A DNA stretch of 64,000 bases. It comes from an uncultured Hungatella sp. (GTDB lineage Bacteria > Bacillota > Clostridia > Lachnospirales > Lachnospiraceae). Position 1 is the stretch's first letter. Every line of letters begins with the position of its first letter. The DNA lies in assembly GCA_910588325.1 (NCBI GenBank), contig CAJUPP010000010.1, positions 2,454-66,453 on the forward strand, given 5' to 3'. The notes under the pieces were generated by a model. It had not been told where the DNA came from. It made no database searches and saw only the letters and a program-made list of their open reading frames with translations. Made by a program: the position numbers and the translations under genes. Positions 1 to 8,978 of this stretch are shown piece by piece.

Positions 1-26
1 ATGGAAGCCTTATGAGCGTTGCCGTT

Positions 27-557
27 TTATTTACCTTCATAAGTAATTATGGATTCCACTTCATAGCCTGACAGCCTCTGGCGCCCTTTCAGTCCGGCAA
101 GTTCCATAACAAAGCAAATCTTCACTACCTGACCGCCTAACTGTTCTATCAATTTGATAATCGCCTCAATGGTCCCTCCGGTAGCAATCAGATCATCTAT
201 AATAACTACCTTCTGTCCTGGTTTGATAGAGTCCTTATGCATCTCAATGACTGCACTGCCATACTCCAAATCGTACTCCATTGAAATGGTCTCACACGGC
301 AGTTTCCCCTTCTTTCTTACAGGAACAAACCCTTTACACATAGCATAAGCCACCGGTACTCCGAAAATAAAGCCTCTGGACTCCGGCCCTACCACCACAT
401 CAAAATCCACATCTTTCAGAGATTCCAAAATCTTGTCAATGGCAAGATGAAGTCCGTCCGGATCCTGGAGGATGGTCGTAACATCACGGAAAATAATCCC
501 TGGCTCAGGGAAATCCGGAATACTTCTCACATAATCTTCTACCTTCTTCATGAACAC
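27..557 (-). CDS. apt: adenine phosphoribosyltransferase
   Basis: 176-aa ORF with PRTase motif VVIIDDLIATGGT and full-length Apt-like sequence. Likely true start is ATG at 551 (GGAGA about 9 nt upstream); the track start at 557 is GTG. Confidence 0.95.
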   Translation of the reverse strand: MFMKKVEDYVRSIPDFPEPGIIFRDVTTILQDPDGLHLAIDKILESLKDVDFDVVVGPESRGFIFGVPVAYAMCKGFVPVRKKGKLPCETISMEYDLEYGSAVIEMHKDSIKPGQKVVIIDDLIATGGTIEAIIKLIEQLGGQVVKICFVMELAGLKGRQRLSGYEVESIITYEGK

Positions 558-590
558 ATTCTCCTTTTTACCTATTGTATGTAATTTTTA

Positions 591-1277
591 CTACTTTCCG
601 CTGGTTGGGATAAACCGTGCAATACGCCCTGCAAATTCTGCAATATTCTGTGTCTGCAGTACCACTCTGCCTGGTCCCACCAGTCTGGTCAAAAATAATC
701 CCTCACCGCCGAAAAAGATATTCCCCAGTCCTTTTACGGTCTCCACCTCGTAGCTGACAGAACGTTCAAAAGCAACCACATTTCCTGTGTCTACTTTCAG
801 GACTTCACCCGGAGCCAGATTCTTCTCCACCATATCTCCGTCTATCTCCAGAAATGCCATTCCCTGCCCGCCAAGCTGCTGAAGAATAAATCCCTCACCG
901 CCAAACAAACCGGCCGAAAACTTTTTGCTGAAAGTAACACTTAAATCAACACCGCTTTCCGCACAGAGAAATGCTCCCTTCTGACAGATCATTCCGCCTG
1001 TGGCCGTAACGTCTACTGGCAGAATCCGCCCGGCTACCGTAGAGGCAAATGCAATGGAACTTCCTGCTGTCTGCGCTTTATAAGTGGCCATGAACAGCGA
1101 CTCACCAGAAAACATTCTGCCAAGTCCTTTCATCAGTCCGCCCCTGGTATTAGTCGCCATCTCAATCCCTTCCGTCATCCATGCCATACCGCCTGACTGG
1201 GTATACATCTCCTCCCCAGGAGCGTCAAACAGCACCTCAACTGCCGGCATCGTTTCGCCAATAATACGATATTTCAT
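591..1277 (-). CDS. TIGR00266/AIM24 (DUF124) family protein
   Basis: 228-aa ORF with the typical AIM24-family N-terminus (MKYRI.G...P.VEV.L..GE....QSGGM.WM). GGAGGA RBS upstream of the ATG. Confidence 0.8.
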   Translation of the reverse strand: MKYRIIGETMPAVEVLFDAPGEEMYTQSGGMAWMTEGIEMATNTRGGLMKGLGRMFSGESLFMATYKAQTAGSSIAFASTVAGRILPVDVTATGGMICQKGAFLCAESGVDLSVTFSKKFSAGLFGGEGFILQQLGGQGMAFLEIDGDMVEKNLAPGEVLKVDTGNVVAFERSVSYEVETVKGLGNIFFGGEGLFLTRLVGPGRVVLQTQNIAEFAGRIARFIPTSGK

Positions 1278-1343
1278 CTTCTTATTCCTCCATATCCGTA
1301 AAAATTTATGGTTTTATCAGAATTATATCACAACTCTGCCCTA

Positions 1344-1655
1344 TTAGCGAATAAATTTCTTCATTTTTGATCTGGGAATCAACCCTTCGTAGCCATAGCT
1401 GACGCCTGTTTCAGGATTTTGGGAACAGCATCGTTTCCAAAAACGCAGAATCGTTCCGTGGGTCAGCCCTGTAATCCGAAAAATATCTCTCGGAGGGCTG
1501 CCATTCTGAAACAGTTCCAGGGCACGTCTCCGGTTTCGGTACACGCACCGCTCTGCCATTGTCAGCTTTGTTTCATCTATCTCCTGCCAATGGTATTCTT
1601 CCAGTAACAGTTTTTCCTTTTCATTCCCCATATTCGTATTCTCATCCCTTCTCAC
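1344..1655 (-). CDS. small helix-turn-helix protein resembling the N-terminal DNA-binding region of Mu/TnsB-type DDE transposases; possibly a truncated remnant
   Basis: 103-aa ORF whose GTG start overlaps the stop of the upstream gene (GTGA at 1652-1655); alternative ATG at 1631. Pattern W.EID...L...ER..Y..R..AL.LF..G.....I...TG.....L.RF.KRC......G...GY.GLIPR is typical of the first ~100 aa of such transposases. No catalytic DDE domain follows. Confidence 0.4.
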   Translation of the reverse strand: MRRDENTNMGNEKEKLLLEEYHWQEIDETKLTMAERCVYRNRRRALELFQNGSPPRDIFRITGLTHGTILRFWKRCCSQNPETGVSYGYEGLIPRSKMKKFIR

Positions 1656-4600
1656 TCTGATGCCGAAATGGCTGCCATATCTTCCCCGGCATCTTCTTCT
1701 GTCCCTTCCTCTTCTGTTCTTTCCTCTTCTGTCCCTTCCTCCGCTTCGTCTTTCTCTGGTTGCTGCTCCGTTGGCTCTCCTATCTCATCCTCTGTCTCCC
1801 CGATATCCTCTTCCCTTTTATCCGGCTTTTTTCTTTTATTCCGTTTCGTAATCATCAATATGGCTGCCGCAAGGATCAGAACAATAGCCGCCGCAACAGG
1901 TACTATCTGAATAAAAGTACTCTTCTGAGGCGTCAAAATGTAAAATGCATCCACTCCATCCATCTCAAACACCAGATAGGTACCGTCCCACCTGCTTTCC
2001 AGTATTTCTGCCGCTCCATTTCTCACAACCGCGATCCTGGACTCTTTCGAAATTCCTTCCGCCAGCACATGTACCACTATGCTTTCCGGATCCTCTACGC
2101 CTTCCGGCTGAGTAATATTGTACATGTATTTACTGTACAGCTCATATCCTTCCGGAATCTGAATCCCTTCCGCCATCCACTGTGATTTTACCGTCTCTAT
2201 GTCTGCATCCAAACCGGCTGACAGGGTAGTTCCCGGGTAGAAATTAGATTCCGCAAGCATTAACGGTGTCTTATCGCCGGATGATGCGATGGTGGTGTTC
2301 CAAGCTTTATATATGGCATGCACTTTTTCATTTCCCTTGATGCAGGACAGGTCTTTCTCTTCCCACCGATAATAATAGCCATCCTTTTGAGGCGCCCCAG
2401 GAATATCTGTTTCTGCCACAGATCCGCCATACTCACACTCAATGGTTTTAATTACCTGATCTTCCACCAAAAATTCAACCTTTATATTGCGAAACTCCTC
2501 TGGAACCTGCTCCATGCTGCAAAAGTCTTCATAGGAAAGTCCTGCTGCCTGATTCGTCCGGGTAATACCGTCCACAGCCCCCATGCCTTCATCCACATAA
2601 AAGTTTCCTTCCACAATTCCTTCCGGATCCACATCCCCCGCCACACTGCCTATCCATTCGCTGTCAATATTTTTGATAGAAACCATAACATAATTTTCTT
2701 TTAAGTCCTTTGCCCATCCTGCAATACCGCCGGCATAATTGTGTCCGTTGACTGTACATTTGCTGTAGTTCTGCCGGAGTACATAATCGCTGCTTCCCGT
2801 AATACCGCCGGCATAGTTTCCATCCTCCGCCATAATATCCCCGTAATTCTGGTTCTGAATCAAGGCCCCCAGGTTTGCTTTTCCTGCAATTCCGCCGGCA
2901 TAATCATTTTTCACCTGAATCCCGCCCCAGTTGATACTGCCTCTTATCTGAGCTTTGGCATTTCTCACCGCATTCAGCGTTCTCTCTTCCTCTGCCTCCA
3001 GATCCTGCTCCGGATCCAAGCTCACCTCCATCCCAATAATTCCTACAATACCTCCCGACTGGTAATCAGCCAAAATGTCTCCCCAGTTTTCACAGGCAAA
3101 AATAGTACCCTCATTAATCTCCTCATCGGAATCGGATATGTCTTCAAACAATTCTTTTTCCTCTCTGGTGCGATCCACTCCATCAGATATGGTAGTTCTC
3201 ATCCGATCAATCTGATCTTCGATCTGGTTCTTCTGATCCCTGATCTGAAGTCTGCTGTTTTTCAAATCACTGGTAAGGGTATCCATATTTTCAGAAAGGT
3301 AATCCAGTTCATCTGTCATCTCATCATCCAGATTCTCCAGGTCTCTTCGTATGGCATCTCTGTTGACCTGCAGAATATCCGCAAGTACGCTGGCTTCCAT
3401 CTGAACCTGTTCCAGACGATAGCCCAGCTCCTGTGTCTCATCTACCAGATGGGCCGGAACATGGCCTGCCAGATACCCGATATTTCCCGCCAGTTCCACC
3501 GTATACTGGTACATCTGAGACATCTTCTGATAACGTTCCTGCAGCCATTTTCTCAAAGCCTCAATGTCTGTAGGACTGCCGGGATACTTCTGATCCAGCT
3601 CCTTTGACAATTCTTTCATCAGGCGTACCTTTTCCTGGGCCTGACGATACTGAGACTCTGACTCTCTGTCCACTGGATCAAAGCTGATTCTGTCCAGGTG
3701 ATACTGAATATCCTCAACAGAAGTATCTATATTTTCATTCAGCTCATCATTATCCCTTCGGAATACGTCTTTGTAAAACTCGCCGATATCCTTTACACGG
3801 TCCATTCGTTCATCGACACGATCCAGATCATTGGAGGTGGTGTCGCCTGCCTGCTCTATAAGGCGGGACAGATTATCTCCCATATTGGACAGTTGTTCCA
3901 ACTCATCCTCCAGCTGCCCCAGCGTATCTTCATCATAATCAATCTCTATATAAGGCTCAAACTGTCCTACAATTCCGCCGGCATCCTTTCTTCCGTAAAT
4001 CTTCCCATAGTTTTGGCATTGTTCAATAATACCGCTCTGCCGCCCTGCAATTCCGCCGATATTGTATCCCGTATGAAGATATCCTACAGTTCCGTAATTG
4101 CTGCAGTTTACAATTTTCCCCAGAGAAAATCCTGCAATTCCACCGGCATCATTCACCTTTTCCACCCGAACGGTTTCTTCCAGATTGATACCTCCCATAG
4201 AAAAGGAATCATCGGATTCGATCTCCACGCCCTGATCTGTGGCATTTACATCCCCCTGGTTCGTACAGTCCTGTATAAGTCCTGCATTATCCCCCGCCAC
4301 TCCGCCGGTCTTTAAATTTCCTGTCAGCTGTCCCTGATTTATGCAGCCTTCTATCACTCCTGTCTCATCATTGTATCCTGCAATTCCTCCCAGTGCCTCC
4401 TGGGCCATAATCTCGCCGGAAAATGTACAGTTTCTGATGCTTCCCTGATTGACTCCGGCGATTCCTCCGATGTGAATACTGCTGCCTTTTGGGGAAATCG
4501 TTCCGTGCAGAATGAGATTCTTGATTTCGGCGCCTTCTTCCACATAGCGGAACAGCCCTAAGTCAGAGCCGGCCTTCTGAATGGACAGGCCGATAATGGT

Positions 4601-4954
4601 ATGACCTTTTCCGTCAAATGTTCCTGCAAAAACAGGAATCGGCTGAAAATCAACTCCCTGCAGATTAATATCTGCTTCCAAAGTCACATATTTCCCCTTG
4701 GAATAACTGTCTGAAACACAGTTCTGGCTGAATGCTGTCAGTTCTTCCGGTGTACTGATAGAAATTTCCTGGATTGGAGCCGGATTTTCTTCACCATCCT
4801 TGCTTTGCTGTTCTGTCTGAATTTCCTGGCCGGCAGGAGCTGCCAATGCACAGATACCGCATACCAGGCTTCCTCCTGCCTGCGTCAGAAGAAAAGCCGC
4901 TGCCAGCATGGCTGCCATTCTCTGATTCTGTTTCTTTTTCCACGTCCTCTTCAT
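1652..4954 (-). CDS. GLUG-repeat cell-surface protein with central acidic helical region, C-terminal TM anchor and polyacidic tail
   Basis: 1100 aa. N-terminal signal-like hydrophobic segment. FAGTFDGKGHTI..L plus at least 11 GG[IV][AVT]G repeats in two blocks (aa ~105-335 and ~620-780). D/E/R/L-rich helical insert at aa ~340-615. Listeria/Bacteroides-repeat-like segment (DGYYYRWEE). TM at aa ~1014-1035, followed by a KRNKRKK and E-rich tail. Start ATG overlaps the MMPL stop (ATGA). Confidence 0.8.
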   Translation of the reverse strand: MKRTWKKKQNQRMAAMLAAAFLLTQAGGSLVCGICALAAPAGQEIQTEQQSKDGEENPAPIQEISISTPEELTAFSQNCVSDSYSKGKYVTLEADINLQGVDFQPIPVFAGTFDGKGHTIIGLSIQKAGSDLGLFRYVEEGAEIKNLILHGTISPKGSSIHIGGIAGVNQGSIRNCTFSGEIMAQEALGGIAGYNDETGVIEGCINQGQLTGNLKTGGVAGDNAGLIQDCTNQGDVNATDQGVEIESDDSFSMGGINLEETVRVEKVNDAGGIAGFSLGKIVNCSNYGTVGYLHTGYNIGGIAGRQSGIIEQCQNYGKIYGRKDAGGIVGQFEPYIEIDYDEDTLGQLEDELEQLSNMGDNLSRLIEQAGDTTSNDLDRVDERMDRVKDIGEFYKDVFRRDNDELNENIDTSVEDIQYHLDRISFDPVDRESESQYRQAQEKVRLMKELSKELDQKYPGSPTDIEALRKWLQERYQKMSQMYQYTVELAGNIGYLAGHVPAHLVDETQELGYRLEQVQMEASVLADILQVNRDAIRRDLENLDDEMTDELDYLSENMDTLTSDLKNSRLQIRDQKNQIEDQIDRMRTTISDGVDRTREEKELFEDISDSDEEINEGTIFACENWGDILADYQSGGIVGIIGMEVSLDPEQDLEAEEERTLNAVRNAKAQIRGSINWGGIQVKNDYAGGIAGKANLGALIQNQNYGDIMAEDGNYAGGITGSSDYVLRQNYSKCTVNGHNYAGGIAGWAKDLKENYVMVSIKNIDSEWIGSVAGDVDPEGIVEGNFYVDEGMGAVDGITRTNQAAGLSYEDFCSMEQVPEEFRNIKVEFLVEDQVIKTIECEYGGSVAETDIPGAPQKDGYYYRWEEKDLSCIKGNEKVHAIYKAWNTTIASSGDKTPLMLAESNFYPGTTLSAGLDADIETVKSQWMAEGIQIPEGYELYSKYMYNITQPEGVEDPESIVVHVLAEGISKESRIAVVRNGAAEILESRWDGTYLVFEMDGVDAFYILTPQKSTFIQIVPVAAAIVLILAAAILMITKRNKRKKPDKREEDIGETEDEIGEPTEQQPEKDEAEEGTEEERTEEEGTEEDAGEDMAAISASE
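1695..1739. repeat. 15-nt x3 tandem repeat inside the acidic tail of the GLUG protein
   Basis: tcttctgtcccttcc / tcttctgttctttcc / tcttctgtcccttcc read directly. Encodes EEGTEE-ERTEE-EGTEE on the minus strand. Confidence 0.85.
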
Positions 4955-7293
4955 GCTTCTTTGGCCTCCTCTCCAACCTGTTCCCTTTTTATGGCTCTGG
5001 TTAATTCCGTTTTATCAATGAGTTTATCACACATCAGCAGAAGCTGAGGCAATACTGTCATAACCAGAATAATAGAAATCAGGGTTCCGCGCCCCAATAC
5101 CTTTCCCAAGGAAGCAATAACCGCATTATTCGTCAAATATCCAATGACAAACCCGGCAGATGTCAGAATGGTTCCCGAAGTGATAATCGTCGGAAATGCC
5201 TGATTTAACGATTCCACTACTGCCTTTTTCCTGTCCGGCATGCTTTTACGCAGATCCAAATATCGGCTGGTGATAACGATTGCATAGTCAATGGTTGCTC
5301 CCATCTGGATCGAGCTGACTACCAGATAGCTTAAAAAATACATGGTAGTATCTGTCAGGTAGGGCACGGAGAAATTGATCCAGATGCTTCCCTGAATAGT
5401 CAGCACCAGCAAAAACGGCAATCCGGCGGACTGAAATGTAAACAGCAGGATAATCCCCACAAACAATGCTGTCAGCACGCTGATAATCACATTATCCCGT
5501 TCAAAAGAGCTGCTTAAATCATAGTTGCTGGTAGCGTCTCCCACTACGTAAACCTCATCATAATATTCCAGCGCAATATTCCGAATCTGGTCAACCGCCT
5601 GAAACGTTGCCGCACCTTCTACCGGGCCTCTTAAGGTAAATACCAGACGATCATAGCCCTCTCCCTCCAGCTGCTCCCTTGCATCGCAGACGGCTTTGTA
5701 AAGATCGTCAATCTCATCCGACAGTTCCTCGTCAAACTCAATGCCGCCTTTTTCCTTCTGCTCATAGATAAAATCTACCATGTCGATAATGGAAATCTGA
5801 TAGTCATCCAAATTCTTCATAAACGCACTATACTGTTCCTTGTCAACTGCATAGAACTGATACAAAGCCCTCACCAGATCCAAGTCTACCTCTGCTACCT
5901 CTGAGAATTCCCTGGGATTTAATTTGTCTACCAGAATATATTTTCCATCATCCGATACTCCCACATTGGCCAGACCCAAGGCCGTATCCACTGCCTCCAC
6001 ATGTTCCAAACGTTTCAGTATCTTTCCTTCCTTCTCATAATCTCCTCTGGGAACTACAATCGCCATGGTATTGGTCACCTCAAAGGTCTCTTCAATCCGT
6101 GCCTTTGATGCCAGAAATTCATTCTTCTTGCTGGATTCGATGGAATTGTAATCATATATGTAAGGACATCTTCTGGAATAATACGCACCAGCTCCTACTA
6201 TCAGCAGAAACACAGGAATCGTAACGTACCTTAATTTTACAACAATCTTTCCCCACAGATTGATGGTGGGCACAAAATTGCGGTGGCCTGTTTTGTCGAT
6301 GGCTTTAGAAAACATGACAATCAACGCCGGCATAAACATGAACACAGTCAACAGACTGATGATAATGGCTTTTGTCAGAACGCATCCCAGGTCCATGCCG
6401 ATTCCAAACTGCATGAACATCAAAGCGACCATGCCGGACACCGTTGTCAGACTGCTGGAGGAAATCTCTGGAATAGCCTTGCTGAGGGCCACGGTAATGG
6501 CCTCCATGGTCTCTTTCGTCTCCCGCTCTTCCATAAACCGGTGAAACAGAATAATCGCATAGTCAATGGCAAGGGCCAGCTGAAGCACTGCTCCTACCGC
6601 ATTAGTGACAAAGGAGATACTTCCAAACCAGTAATTGGTTCCCATATTCAAAAGGGCTGCCACACCAAAAACCATCAGGAAAATCACAATCTCCATATAG
6701 GTTTTTGAGGTAAATAAAAGCACCGAAACAATGATAAACAGTACAATCACTACAATGACACGCATATCATTTTTTAAATCAGCCGCGTCATCTTTGTCCA
6801 CCGTAGTGTACACATAGGATACGTATCCGTCCAGGTTCTCTCTGATTTGGGCCATGGCTGTCTGGGAGACTTCCGTATCCTCCTCTTCTTCAAAGGTAAT
6901 GGTAAAAAGAGCGCAGGCGTCTTTATAGTAATCAGAAATCTCATCATTTTCATAGGTACTGTCTTCCTCATCGTAAAAGGACACCGCTGAAATTCCCGGT
7001 ATTTCCTCTATCTCATGGGCCAATGCCAACGCCTTCTCGTAGGTGATATTGCTGACCAGCACGGTTGCCGATCCGAAGGTGGTAAATTCCTCATTCATAA
7101 TGTCAAGCCCCTGCCTGGTCTCCGTACTTTCCGGAAGGTACTCGGTCAGATCATTGATGACACCCACCTTGGAAATAGACACCGCACTGTAAATACAGGC
7201 CATGGCAAACAGAACGATAAATGCTTTTCTTTTATTCACAATGAACGCTGCCAGCTTCATCATGAAATTCTCTGGTCTTTTCCTGTCTTCCAC
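4951..7293 (-). CDS. MMPL/RND-superfamily membrane transporter
   Basis: 780 aa. Two bundles of TM helices, each preceded by a large extracytoplasmic loop, and an N-terminus typical of Firmicute MMPL/YdfJ-type proteins. GTG start at 7293 with a GGAGAG RBS. Confidence 0.85.
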   Translation of the reverse strand: MEDRKRPENFMMKLAAFIVNKRKAFIVLFAMACIYSAVSISKVGVINDLTEYLPESTETRQGLDIMNEEFTTFGSATVLVSNITYEKALALAHEIEEIPGISAVSFYDEEDSTYENDEISDYYKDACALFTITFEEEEDTEVSQTAMAQIRENLDGYVSYVYTTVDKDDAADLKNDMRVIVVIVLFIIVSVLLFTSKTYMEIVIFLMVFGVAALLNMGTNYWFGSISFVTNAVGAVLQLALAIDYAIILFHRFMEERETKETMEAITVALSKAIPEISSSSLTTVSGMVALMFMQFGIGMDLGCVLTKAIIISLLTVFMFMPALIVMFSKAIDKTGHRNFVPTINLWGKIVVKLRYVTIPVFLLIVGAGAYYSRRCPYIYDYNSIESSKKNEFLASKARIEETFEVTNTMAIVVPRGDYEKEGKILKRLEHVEAVDTALGLANVGVSDDGKYILVDKLNPREFSEVAEVDLDLVRALYQFYAVDKEQYSAFMKNLDDYQISIIDMVDFIYEQKEKGGIEFDEELSDEIDDLYKAVCDAREQLEGEGYDRLVFTLRGPVEGAATFQAVDQIRNIALEYYDEVYVVGDATSNYDLSSSFERDNVIISVLTALFVGIILLFTFQSAGLPFLLVLTIQGSIWINFSVPYLTDTTMYFLSYLVVSSIQMGATIDYAIVITSRYLDLRKSMPDRKKAVVESLNQAFPTIITSGTILTSAGFVIGYLTNNAVIASLGKVLGRGTLISIILVMTVLPQLLLMCDKLIDKTELTRAIKREQVGEEAKEA

Positions 7294-7376
7294 TTTGATT
7301 TCTCTCTCCTTTTATGGTTTCTTACTTGCCATATTATGACTAATTATGGTAAAATACGCAAGAATCAGTTTTTTAT

Positions 7377-7398
7377 ATCTGTTTCAAATGAGACAGAT
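7377..7398. promoter_or_regulatory. 22-nt near-perfect palindrome, candidate TetR operator
   Basis: ATCTGTTTCAAATGAGACAGAT has 10 of 11 arm positions complementary. It lies in the divergent MMPL/TetR intergenic region, downstream of a TTGCCA-N18-TAAAAT plus-strand promoter candidate (7326-7355). Confidence 0.4.
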
Positions 7399-7440
7399 TC
7401 TTAAAAATTGTACATTTTGAAGCATAAAAGGAGAATCGAT

Positions 7441-8022
7441 TTGAGTAGCCCTGATGAGAAAAAAGAAAAGATATCTACCCGCCGTACCTACACGCTGCTG
7501 CGCGCCGGCTTTTTCAAACTTCTGTCAGAGATTCCTTTTGAAAAAATCACTCTGACACAAATCTGCAGCCGCTCTATGGTGCCGCGGTCTACCTTTTATC
7601 GGTATTTTGAAGATAAATATGATTTGCTGTGTTACTGCCTCCAGACCTTTTTCGAGGAAGCCGAAGTAGAAGACGATGTTCTCTATCTGAAAGAGTCCCA
7701 GTCTGCCCGTGCATTTCTTCTGAAACTTATCAAAGAACTGGAAACAAACCGTCAGTCTTACTATAAAATCTACACCCTCAACAAGGACGGGGCTTTTATG
7801 GATATTCTCCGCTCCTTCCTGATTCAGATTCTCAGCGAAAAGCTGAAGGTATCAGAGGAAAAGGGCATACACTCCAAAATCTCCCCTCCGATTTTCACTT
7901 ACCTTCTGGCAGATTTTTATATCAGCACCGCAAAATGTTATCTGGAATACGCGGATTCTTACACCGTAGAGGAATATGTTAAAAATGTAGCCCTGTTTGC
8001 CAATAAAAACTTTTTCTCATAA
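7441..8022 (+). CDS. TetR/AcrR family transcriptional regulator
   Basis: N-terminal TetR HTH (FEKITLTQICSRSMVPRSTFYRYFEDKYDLL). Likely start is TTG at 7441, 6 nt after AAAGGAGA; the track ORF begins at 7408 in the same frame. Confidence 0.85.
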   Translation: MSSPDEKKEKISTRRTYTLLRAGFFKLLSEIPFEKITLTQICSRSMVPRSTFYRYFEDKYDLLCYCLQTFFEEAEVEDDVLYLKESQSARAFLLKLIKELETNRQSYYKIYTLNKDGAFMDILRSFLIQILSEKLKVSEEKGIHSKISPPIFTYLLADFYISTAKCYLEYADSYTVEEYVKNVALFANKNFFS

Positions 8023-8051
8023 ATGAGAGTCCTGTTTCTTCCAATACCTTT

Positions 8052-8966
8052 TTATACTTCCTCCAAATTATAGGGCGTCACCTGGTATACATAATAATTC
8101 AGCCAGTTGCTGTACAGAGTATTGGCCATGTTTCTCCAGCAAAGCACCGGCTTGGCATAGGGGTTGTCATTTTCATAGTAATTGCATGGTATTTCAGGGT
8201 TCAGCCCCCTCCCCAAATCCCGATGGTACTCATTATTCAGAGTCATCCGGTCATACTCTGGATGGCCCTGGACAAAAATCTGGCTGCCATCCCGGCTCAT
8301 GATGAGAAACAGCCCCGCCTCCTTTGATTCCGCCAGGATCTGAAGCTTTGGATGTTTCTCCACATCCTCCCGCCGCACCTCGGTATACCGGGAGTGGGGA
8401 GCCATAATATAATCGTCCATGCTTCGTGTCAGAGGCACTTTATGATGAAGCACCTTGTGTTCATAGATTCCGCTCAGCTTCTTTTCCCTCATGAATTTCG
8501 GAATCCCATAGTGATAATAAAGTCCTGCCTGGGCTCCCCAGCAGATGTGCAGCGTAGATGTCACATGAGATTTCGTCCACTCCATGATTCCGGATAATTC
8601 GTCCCAATATGTCACCTTATGATACTCAAGCATCTCCACCGGCGCGCCGGTGATAATCATTCCGTCATAATTCTTCCTGCGGATTTCCTCAAATGTCACA
8701 TAAAATTTATTGATATGACTGGCCGATGTATTCTTGGACACATGGCTGGACAGCATGAGAAATGTACAGTCAATCTGGAGGGGCGTATTGGATAATGCCC
8801 GCAAAAGCTGAGTTTCCGTTTCCTCCTTTACAGGCATCAGATTTAAAATCAGGATCTCCAGAGGCCGGATATCCTGGCTCATGGCCCGCTCTTCATCCAT
8901 AACGAAAATATTTTCCGATTCCAGTACTGCCTTGGCAGGCAGGTCCTTCTGTATTTTAATTGGCAT
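8052..8966 (-). CDS. metA: homoserine O-acyltransferase (MetA family)
   Basis: 304 aa. MPIKI...LP....L..ENIFVM...RA..QDIRPL.ILILNLMP is the canonical MetA N-terminus. RBS AGGGAGAG lies directly after the ligA stop. Confidence 0.9.
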   Translation of the reverse strand: MPIKIQKDLPAKAVLESENIFVMDEERAMSQDIRPLEILILNLMPVKEETETQLLRALSNTPLQIDCTFLMLSSHVSKNTSASHINKFYVTFEEIRRKNYDGMIITGAPVEMLEYHKVTYWDELSGIMEWTKSHVTSTLHICWGAQAGLYYHYGIPKFMREKKLSGIYEHKVLHHKVPLTRSMDDYIMAPHSRYTEVRREDVEKHPKLQILAESKEAGLFLIMSRDGSQIFVQGHPEYDRMTLNNEYHRDLGRGLNPEIPCNYYENDNPYAKPVLCWRNMANTLYSNWLNYYVYQVTPYNLEEV

Positions 8967-8978
8967 AATACTCTCCCT

